Below, piece by piece: positions 31,901 through 37,854 of a DNA stretch of 37,854 nucleotides. Origin of the DNA: Clostridia bacterium (lineage in GTDB: Bacteria; Bacillota; Clostridia; HGM11514). The DNA lies in NCBI GenBank assembly GCA_045586685.1, contig JAZNAU010000011.1, positions 1-37,854 on the forward strand. The letters are read 5' to 3'. The stretch's first letter is position 1; the number at the start of each line of letters is the position of its first letter. The position numbers and the translations under genes were made by a program. The notes under the pieces are model-generated. The model searched no databases and was not told where the DNA came from. It saw only the letters and a list, made by a program, of their open reading frames with translations.

Positions 31901-32090
31901 CGGAGTAGACGAACCGCTATTGACAGTTCGTGATGGAGATAAAGATAACTATCTTGAGGGCTTGATAAAGCACAATGGAGATAAAGTTGTTGAGCCGAAA
32001 TATAAACGAATTTCGTGGTGTAACAATAATTATCTTTTATGTTCTTTTGACGGAGAATGTGAAGTTTTGCAATATGTAAAGAAGCATTAA
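28935..32090 (+). CDS. Large WG-repeat (KWG-type) protein
   Basis: Repeats such as FKEGLA..GYGYID.SG, WGYVDENG, WGAIDKTG, WGVIDKNG in the C-terminal half; AGGAGG RBS. Confidence 0.85.
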   Translation: MKQYDLIKLLGDTFALGNVDELVTHMADDCQYFSEYANKSFFSAEEIAERMKYVDSQLDETNSYSYEIVELDTITNFSDAEKQFVTNKKNSLCKYGMFLYQFSKAHPVAIVVVVINRKKEICNITLSRNKTLFDIEFYGEKIEKDSPYDTPATVKPLTRHDRQVKELRKAFSGQHLEEQVYTDDEVYIWRKSDEFIKKWLENNGYYVQETDVLDDCIGYLCNRNGFEYAVYMYAYGKERTTQLDGEYCSKLRNHPYAKNRTILMVYLRAKRFMIGDEVAYGVYSYGDNEDKNIELWRLGEVNGKSIIEYYPRKEMIDRTYELMYAFNRASLDVYDDIVCKSNPSFNGYDSQGITFNSAFYYNLQSLHKEYGNMKIGYVRYNDVVYSEVPYLDNYGFFGFTVDNENRIAQIYTCPFDGGERPVAEFIKTDIREKEDMYSHIPKLVNIEPILPVMYERFSLKLLFDNGECKKYVLPVDVKNENDEVVKYCGHVFTDKIWNSAEMVASVESEYRHYPPRGQAIKFKNGFSLSAHYCYQNSKDYQEPVICNDTIYEDDDIKINRLWKWKANSVYKDEETGVIKALLKGVAFNFEGISTFATFEGSRLTSLDFDYIDSFKEGLAVVGIQGRGYGYIDASGKIAIPAIYENADEFNGGKARVKKDGKWYFIDKSGNETSIESTFGERYQEVGEFCEGLCKVSTLKLGFMDLAYHSDYSEIAGTWGYVDENGTEIVSPQYIYANDFNDGIAIVCKGKWTRDEKWNNKHNSGRYWTEEELWGAIDKTGKEVIPCVFDEIKELWDTTDIFVAHSGGWEKGKWGVIDKNGKWVVEPIFEDVGYEYKNGLFSFYADDKWNDDDVPLGIYDITQKKVLFEPRFLDVDFMDDGNIKVEVYDESLGRNIEKIINRNGEELFPSVYSSIYTWREPYEVVIRDENGSRHGLIDKKGNVILPCKYDLPWNGIHYDKKLMVYECDKKQGLIDFDDNIVVPAIYHEIHGVDEPLLTVRDGDKDNYLEGLIKHNGDKVVEPKYKRISWCNNNYLLCSFDGECEVLQYVKKH

Positions 32091-32106
32091 CCACATAAGT
32101 GAAAAA

Positions 32107-32146
32107 GAAAAATCGGTCTGAAAGCTTACTTTTGGATCGGTTTTTC
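32107..32146 (+). terminator. Terminator after the WG-repeat gene
   Basis: GAAAAATCGGTCTGAAAG-ctta-CTTTGGATCGGTTTTTC. Confidence 0.7.
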
Positions 32147-32154
32147 AATATGTA

Positions 32155-32229
32155 TTGATTTGGTAAACGAATTATGTTATACTTTGATTAAGCACTGTCC
32201 GTTTTAACACTCACTCAATTTGTTAAAAT
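32155..32229 (+). promoter_or_regulatory. Tandem promoter with TGTCC box (putative WYL site)
   Basis: TTGATT-17-TATACT, AAGCACTGTCCGTTTTAACAC, TGtTAAAAT. Confidence 0.65.
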
Positions 32230-32273
32230 GAGTATAAAGAAAAGAAGAAATCTTTTTGGGAGGTTAAAACATT

Positions 32274-33092
32274 ATGAAAAAATATCCTATCGGCTTTAAT
32301 ACAAGAATAAACAAAGAACCTGATGTTAATGTTCCAATGGAAGTTTGCAAGGGTGTTATAGAACCTAAAAAGTCTATCGTTCAGGTATACTTCCCACACA
32401 GGGGTATGGGCTGGGCATACTACAACGATAGCTTTGACTTGAAGGTTGGCGACTTTGTTTATGTAGAAGGTAAGCTTGAAGGCTATCGTGGACAGGTTAC
32501 AGAAGTTAATTATTCCTTCAAGATTAAACTTTCTGACTACAAAAAGGTAATAGCTGTAATTGACACCAATGTTAAGGGTGATTTCTTCCTTGCAGGTTCG
32601 CATGTTGTTTCTTTTGACAGAAATGCAATTCCTTTCTCAAAAGTTCTTACCTGGTTTAAGGCGCCTGAGAGTGACGAAGAATATGTAAGCGGCAATGATG
32701 ACACAAATAGATTCTCGCTTGACGATTTGTCAAAGATGAAAATTTCTCACGATGCAGCTGATCGCGGACACGATTATTATATTGAAAACAGAGTTGGCTT
32801 TGTTGAGATAGACGGTACACGAGGTCATGCCATTGTAGAAGGCAGCGAAAACTACGAAATTGAATTTGATTACATAGATGGTGAAATCTCAAACCTTAAA
32901 TGCTCCTGCTTCTGCAGTGGTGCATGTAAGCACGAATTTGCCGCAATGCTCCAACTCAAGGAATCACTTGAACTCATAACCGAAAACTACGAAGACGAAT
33001 ACAACGGCTACTTTGCAATCATCAGCAAGGGTGTATTTATGAATACGGTTATGAATAAAAAGGTTTCCGGTAAAATCAGCCTGGGGGTATAA
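32274..33092 (+). CDS. SWIM zinc-finger protein
   Basis: RGHDYY, VEGSENYEI, CSCFCSGACKH. Confidence 0.85.
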   Translation: MKKYPIGFNTRINKEPDVNVPMEVCKGVIEPKKSIVQVYFPHRGMGWAYYNDSFDLKVGDFVYVEGKLEGYRGQVTEVNYSFKIKLSDYKKVIAVIDTNVKGDFFLAGSHVVSFDRNAIPFSKVLTWFKAPESDEEYVSGNDDTNRFSLDDLSKMKISHDAADRGHDYYIENRVGFVEIDGTRGHAIVEGSENYEIEFDYIDGEISNLKCSCFCSGACKHEFAAMLQLKESLELITENYEDEYNGYFAIISKGVFMNTVMNKKVSGKISLGV

Positions 33093-33094
33093 GC

Positions 33095-33187
33095 ATGGCT
33101 GGTAATAGGAAAAGCGGCTGTGGTTGTGGGTGTCTGTTTTGGATTATAATCATTTCAGTTTTGTTTGAAATTATTACTGAAGTATAA
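33095..33187 (+). CDS. 30-aa single-TM peptide (not in the ORF track)
   Basis: MAGNRKSGCGCGCLFWIIIISVLFEIITEV; GGGGGT RBS; fills the SWIM-Sel1 gap. Confidence 0.5.
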   Translation: MAGNRKSGCGCGCLFWIIIISVLFEIITEV

Positions 33188-33207
33188 TGTATGGAGGAAA
33201 GATAAAA

Positions 33208-34014
33208 ATGACACATGATGAAATACAGAGTAAAATTGGTTACATATTGGAAAAACTTAATAAAGAGGAATATCCAGAACTTTATGAAGTGCTGCTACAA
33301 TATGCTGATTATGACGATGTGGACGAGTGGATGTATGAATTGACAAAAGATATTTATGATGCAGACCAGACAAAAAAATTTCCTACTTGTGTATCTGAAT
33401 TTTTGATTTCAATATATAATTATCTAATCGGTCAACAGAACTATGATGTGGCGTGTGATATGGGTTCGTTGTATTACAAGGGAAGGTTTGGGAAAATCGA
33501 TTATAAAAAGGCAGTGGAATATTATACTTTGGCTGCCGATAATGGTTGCAGACAGGCTCAGGAAAATCTTGGGTATTGTTATTATTATGGTCGTGATGTC
33601 GAAGTGGATTACAAGAAAGCATTTCACTACTTTTCTCTTGGTGCATTTGACGGGCACATAAATTCCCTATACAAAATCGGTGATATGTACCGTAATGGAT
33701 ATTATGTAGATAAAAATCCTATTGAAGCATTCAGAATATATAAAAGATGTCTTGAAACTTTGACGGAAGAAGCTATTCCGCTTGTTGGTGCAGATGTAAT
33801 GCTTCGTATGGGTGATAGTTATTTTGAAGGCATCGGAACAGACATTAATTGGAATGAAGCATATCACTTTTATCGTAATGCAGAGGTTATGTATTATGAA
33901 CGCTTGATGAATGGCGATTTTATGATTAGCAAATGTTATGAAAAATCTATTCAAAGACAATCGCAAATCAGAGATAAGCGAAATGCAGAACTTCCCGATA
34001 ATGAATTGGGTTAA
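33208..34014 (+). CDS. Sel1-like repeat protein
   Basis: MGSLYYKG..DYKKAVEYY..AA, AQENLGYCYYYG, IGDMYRNG; GGAGG RBS before ATG 33208. Confidence 0.9.
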   Translation: MTHDEIQSKIGYILEKLNKEEYPELYEVLLQYADYDDVDEWMYELTKDIYDADQTKKFPTCVSEFLISIYNYLIGQQNYDVACDMGSLYYKGRFGKIDYKKAVEYYTLAADNGCRQAQENLGYCYYYGRDVEVDYKKAFHYFSLGAFDGHINSLYKIGDMYRNGYYVDKNPIEAFRIYKRCLETLTEEAIPLVGADVMLRMGDSYFEGIGTDINWNEAYHFYRNAEVMYYERLMNGDFMISKCYEKSIQRQSQIRDKRNAELPDNELG

Positions 34015-34029
34015 GGGGGAGATGAAAAA

Positions 34030-35010
34030 ATGAAACTATCACATCAAAAACTTAAAATGATGTATCTGGCAAAGATACTTATGGAACAGACTGATGAGGA
34101 ACACACAATAACTGTGCCTGAAATGATTGCCGAGCTTTCAAAGCTTGGCATTTCTGCCGAGCGCAAAAGTATTTATGATGACCTTGAATATTTGCAACTC
34201 TTTGGGCTTGATATCTGTTCAAACAAAACCCGTACAACCAACTATTATGTTGCAAGTCGTGATTTTGAATTGCCTGAATTAAAACTTCTAGTTGACAGTG
34301 TACAAGCATCAAAGTTTATCACTCGTAAAAAGAGTATGGAGCTTATTTCAAAGATTGAAAAGCTTACAAGCCACGAGAATGCTAAAAAACTTCAAAGACA
34401 GGTATTTATTACAAATCGTGTAAAGACAGTCAATGAGCAGATTTACTACAATGTTGATAAAATCCACGAGGCTATCGCGGCAAATAAGCAGATTACTTTT
34501 AAGTATTTCAACCTTGATGTGAATAAGAAAAAGGTGTACCGAAAAGATGGTGGATTATATACTGAATCACCTGTATCTCTCACCTGGGATGACGAGAACT
34601 ACTATCTCATTACATACAAAGAAAAGTATGACAGCTACACCCACTACCGTGTTGATAAAATGGAAATGATTGAACTTACCGAGGAGGACAGAGTTCTTTC
34701 AGACAAGCCCTTTGATTTGTCAAATTACTCAAAGACAATGTTCCAGATGTTCAGTGGCGAAGAAACTGATGTTTCTATTGAGTTTGATAATGAATTAGTT
34801 GGTGTTGTGTTTGACAGATTTGGTACGGACATCCCGATTGTCAAAAAGGATGAAGACCATTTCATCTGCCATGTTAAAGTTGCAGTCAGCCCGCACTTCT
34901 TATCGTGGATTATGAGCTTTGGCAAACAAGCAAAAATTATTTCTCCCGACTATGTGGTAGAGGAAATGTATCAACTCGCAAGAGATATAACTGAAATTTA
35001 TGAAAAATAG
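34030..35010 (+). CDS. WYL-domain transcriptional regulator (wHTH-WYL-WCX)
   Basis: ERKSIYDDL, SPVSLTWDDENYYL, HYRVDKM, WIMSFGKQAKIISP. Confidence 0.93.
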   Translation: MKLSHQKLKMMYLAKILMEQTDEEHTITVPEMIAELSKLGISAERKSIYDDLEYLQLFGLDICSNKTRTTNYYVASRDFELPELKLLVDSVQASKFITRKKSMELISKIEKLTSHENAKKLQRQVFITNRVKTVNEQIYYNVDKIHEAIAANKQITFKYFNLDVNKKKVYRKDGGLYTESPVSLTWDDENYYLITYKEKYDSYTHYRVDKMEMIELTEEDRVLSDKPFDLSNYSKTMFQMFSGEETDVSIEFDNELVGVVFDRFGTDIPIVKKDEDHFICHVKVAVSPHFLSWIMSFGKQAKIISPDYVVEEMYQLARDITEIYEK

Positions 35011-35026
35011 AAAAAATGGCTAATAA

Positions 35027-35061
35027 GTGTCCGTATTTATGGACACTCTCTTTTGTATAAT
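35027..35061 (+). promoter_or_regulatory. Palindromic box plus -10 upstream of the retron
   Basis: GTGTCC-N8-GGACAC then TATAAT at 35056. Confidence 0.7.
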
Positions 35062-35083
35062 ATATTTATAAGGTACTATATAA

Positions 35084-35260
35084 GTGGAACATTAGAGCAA
35101 GTCAATTAACATTGGCACCGTCAGCGAGTCGCTTACGGGATGCAAAATTATGAAGTATTCTCTTCGTTCATTCGAAACTGATTTCGCTGTATTTATGCCC
35201 ACTGACATGGGCTAAAAGATACAGCTACACAGTATCGATATTCACATTGTTTTGTTCCAC
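35084..35260 (+). ncRNA. Putative retron msr-msd RNA
   Basis: Terminal inverted repeat GTGGAACA/TGTTCCAC; stems GCACCGTcAGCG..CGCTtACGGgaTGC and GCTGTATTT..GCCCA..TGGGC..AGATACAGC; directly before the RT. Confidence 0.7.
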
Positions 35261-35284
35261 ACAAGAAGGGAGGAAAATTTTATA

Positions 35285-36217
35285 ATGATTGTATATAAGG
35301 AGTTTTCCTCCCTTGTTAATGATCTGGGATTTTCGGGTAAAGCATTATATAGTGTCAGCAATTATATTAACAAGCATTACCATTCTGTTAAAATACCAAA
35401 AGAAAATGGTGAATTCAGGCAGTTGTATGTTCCTGATAAATTTTTAAAATCCATTCAAAGAAGTATTAATGAAAAACTTTTATCTTTGGAAGAAATATCA
35501 CCATATGCTACAGCGTATCGCCCAGGAGGAAGCGCAAAAGTAAATGCACATCCCCATATAGGCAAACCGGTGTTGTTAAAACTTGATATCCGTCATTTCT
35601 TTGACCACTTAATTTATCCTGTTGTAAAAGAGAAAGCATTTCCTAAAAAAAGGTATTCTGAACAAAATCGAATTTTACTCTCGCTACTTTGCGTATATAT
35701 GGATTCTCTTCCTCAGGGGGCACCCACATCACCAACTATCTCAAATATCATTATGAGTGATTTTGATAATACAATTGGTCACTGGTGTTTGGACAATAAA
35801 ATCGCATACACGCGATATTGTGATGATATGACTTTTTCGGGGGACTTTGAACCAAGGCCTGTTATACAGTTCGTTAAGTCTGAACTCAAAAAACTCGGAT
35901 TGTTTTTAAATGACCAAAAAACGGTGGTTGTTCATAAAGGCCAAAAGCACTCCGTAACGGGTATTGTTGTTAACGAAAAACTTAGTGCACCTTATGAATA
36001 TAAGAAAAAGATTCGCCAGGAAATGTATTATTGCAAGAAGTTTGGCGTGAAGTCTCATCTTGATTCATGCCGCAACAATGAATTGCCCGAAAAATATGTT
36101 CTGGGACTTCTTGGCAGAATCAACTATGTTCTTTCAATAGAACCGAAAAATGAACAGATGCAAGAATATAAAACCTGGTTACAAAACAAATTGCAGAACG
36201 GAGAATTTTTATGGTAG
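35285..36217 (+). CDS. Retron-type reverse transcriptase
   Basis: NAHPH (region X), KLDIRHFF, LPQGAPTSP, YTRYCDD, VTG (region Y); 310 aa; GGGAGG RBS. Confidence 0.92.
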   Translation: MIVYKEFSSLVNDLGFSGKALYSVSNYINKHYHSVKIPKENGEFRQLYVPDKFLKSIQRSINEKLLSLEEISPYATAYRPGGSAKVNAHPHIGKPVLLKLDIRHFFDHLIYPVVKEKAFPKKRYSEQNRILLSLLCVYMDSLPQGAPTSPTISNIIMSDFDNTIGHWCLDNKIAYTRYCDDMTFSGDFEPRPVIQFVKSELKKLGLFLNDQKTVVVHKGQKHSVTGIVVNEKLSAPYEYKKKIRQEMYYCKKFGVKSHLDSCRNNELPEKYVLGLLGRINYVLSIEPKNEQMQEYKTWLQNKLQNGEFLW

Positions 36218-37320
36218 AAAGAAGTCAAGGTTCATTGGAGCTTACAGTCGATCAAATGGTAAAACAACTTTCAACGGCATATGTTTCCCTAATAAAATCA
36301 GACACACCACTAAAGAAATTTCCCTCTGTTATGCTTTGGGGGCCTCCCGGTGTTGGTAAATCACAAGGAATCAGGCAAGTTGCAAAAGAAATCGCAAACA
36401 GGACCGGTAAGAAGGTTGAAATAACAGATGTCAGACTTTTGCTTTTTAATCCAGTTGACTTAAGAGGTATTCCTACTGCAAATGAGGATAAAACACTGGC
36501 GATATGGCTTAAGCCTAAAATCTTTCAAATGGATGATAGATCCGATGTTATAAACATTTTGTTTCTTGATGAGATTTCTGCAGCTCCACAGTCTGTGCAG
36601 GCTGCAGCATATCAGATCACACTTGACAGAACTGTCGGGGAACACAGCCTTCCTGATAATTGTATCGTAATCGCCGCCGGAAACAGAGTGACAGACCGCA
36701 GCGTTACATACGCTATGCCGAAAGCATTGGCAAACAGACTTTGCCATATTGAGATTATAGGTGACAGCAAGAGTTGGCACGAATGGGCAATCACTGCCGG
36801 AGTGAACCGCATTGTGCTTGGGTTTTTAGACTATAATCCAAGTATGCTTATGCAGTTTGATGCCGCAACAGATGGTCTGGCATTTCCTACGCCGCGCTCT
36901 TGGGAAATGGTAAGTAATATTCTAAACCACGTTTCAGAAAATATTTTAGATGTATATCCCTTAATAACAGGATGTATTGGAGATGCTGCGGCATACGAGT
37001 TAAGATCCTGGAGTGAGGTTTATAGCAAAATTCCTGAGGTTGAGACTGTGTTTGAAGGGAAAACAGCGGGTATACCAACCCGTCCTGAAATCTTATATGC
37101 TCTTTCATCAAACATTGCTACATATGCCGTAGAACACCATTCTGAGGAAGAAATTAGAAACGCCGTTAGTTATGTGGTAAAACTTCCGCCTGAATTCAAA
37201 AATAGGATTTTCACTGATTTTCTGAAAGTAAAAGAGGCACATAAGGTATTGTCAAGAATTCGTGAGTATGATGATTGGTTTATCCGTTCCGGCAGATATT
37301 GGGAAGATTATGGCTTATGA
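36211..37320 (+). CDS. MoxR-like AAA+ ATPase
   Basis: GPPGVGKS, PVDLRGIP, LFLDEI, AAGNR, ALANRL, FPTPRSWE; overlaps the RT stop. Confidence 0.9.
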   Translation: MVERSQGSLELTVDQMVKQLSTAYVSLIKSDTPLKKFPSVMLWGPPGVGKSQGIRQVAKEIANRTGKKVEITDVRLLLFNPVDLRGIPTANEDKTLAIWLKPKIFQMDDRSDVINILFLDEISAAPQSVQAAAYQITLDRTVGEHSLPDNCIVIAAGNRVTDRSVTYAMPKALANRLCHIEIIGDSKSWHEWAITAGVNRIVLGFLDYNPSMLMQFDAATDGLAFPTPRSWEMVSNILNHVSENILDVYPLITGCIGDAAAYELRSWSEVYSKIPEVETVFEGKTAGIPTRPEILYALSSNIATYAVEHHSEEEIRNAVSYVVKLPPEFKNRIFTDFLKVKEAHKVLSRIREYDDWFIRSGRYWEDYGL

Positions 37321-37854
37321 TGACAAAACAAAGAAAAACACGATTAAAATACAAGATACAGGAATCCAGAGGACGTCTTATGGAATCACATCCGTTTTTT
37401 GCGCTCTTATTGATGTATTTGAAATTTGTTGCTGTTCCTGGTATGAAGAAAATGTCTACTAATGGAAGATGCATATACTTTTCGCCAGATTTTGTGGACA
37501 AACTGTATGGATACGAACTTGACTTTATTCTTTGTCACCAGATAATGCATATCATTTGTGGCGATATATGGCGGCCATTTGATCGCGAGGGTGATAATTA
37601 CCATTTTGCGTGTGATATACTGGCTAACATTTATCTTATAAATCATGGTTTTGAAAAAGATAGATATCCACACCTTGGAGAAGTACATCTTAGAGTGCCT
37701 GGTGAGAATGTTAACCCTGCTAATATGTCTGCTGAAGAAATATTTGAAATTTTGCCATACAATCTTTATATGTTTGATGACAGAATAAGAAACAAGTTTC
37801 TTATGGATAACGACCTTTGGTGGAGTCAAAAAGAAGACTTAGGCAATTCAGGTG
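37317..37854 (+). CDS. DUF2201-type metallopeptidase-like protein, 5' part (runs off the window; not in the ORF track)
   Basis: Hand translation MMTKQRK..RLMESHPFFALLLMYL..STNGRCIYFSPDF..FILCHQIMH..ACDILAN..MSAEEIF; ATGA overlap with the ATPase. Confidence 0.8.
   Translation, partial: MMTKQRKTRLKYKIQESRGRLMESHPFFALLLMYLKFVAVPGMKKMSTNGRCIYFSPDFVDKLYGYELDFILCHQIMHIICGDIWRPFDREGDNYHFACDILANIYLINHGFEKDRYPHLGEVHLRVPGENVNPANMSAEEIFEILPYNLYMFDDRIRNKFLMDNDLWWSQKEDLGNSG

Larger units (their letters stand above)
25445..37854. mobile_element. Genomic island inserted in spoIIID (right end and recombinase not in the window)
   Basis: Starts at the spoIIID break; accessory cargo (MNT-HEPN, WYL, retron); visibly more AT-rich; 3' half of spoIIID absent. 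Confidence 0.75.

Noticed and set aside
27710-32210. 21-bp identical repeats as CRISPR repeats or att sites
   Set aside because: Only two copies, 4.5 kb apart, each at a fixed distance from a -10; no cas or integrase genes.
37262-37829. Track ORFs 37262-37462 (+) and 37407-37829 (-)
   Set aside because: Shadows of the open frame starting at 37317.

Overview
Chromosomal window from a spore-forming Clostridia-type Bacillota. 1-25.3 kb is mostly core DNA: a 5S rRNA, a SAM methyltransferase-ecfA1A2T-truA-(DUF5711-like)-cvpA-rho operon, gdhA, feoAB, proBA with a Man-1-P guanylyltransferase, yybP-ykoY riboswitch-mntP, a MATE gene, a Gfo/Idh/MocA-AraC pair, a galacturonokinase-like kinase/nucleotidyltransferase/epimerase operon and spoVT. 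At about 25,445 the sporulation regulator spoIIID is cut after its STVH motif by an island that runs off the window end. The island starts with a structured 170-205 bp sequence repeated 2,005 bp later, bracketing MNT-HEPN and a degenerate sigma-like gene. Three promoters share a TGTCCGT box at fixed spacing from the -10. They precede (i) a hypothetical plus a large WG-repeat protein, (ii) SWIM-small peptide-Sel1-WYL, and (iii) a retron (msr-msd plus RT) coupled to a MoxR-like AAA+ ATPase and a DUF2201-type metallopeptidase-like gene with HQxxH. This WYL-linked retron/MoxR/DUF2201 unit is the best candidate for an undescribed system. All calls are by eye from motifs; no searches were run.
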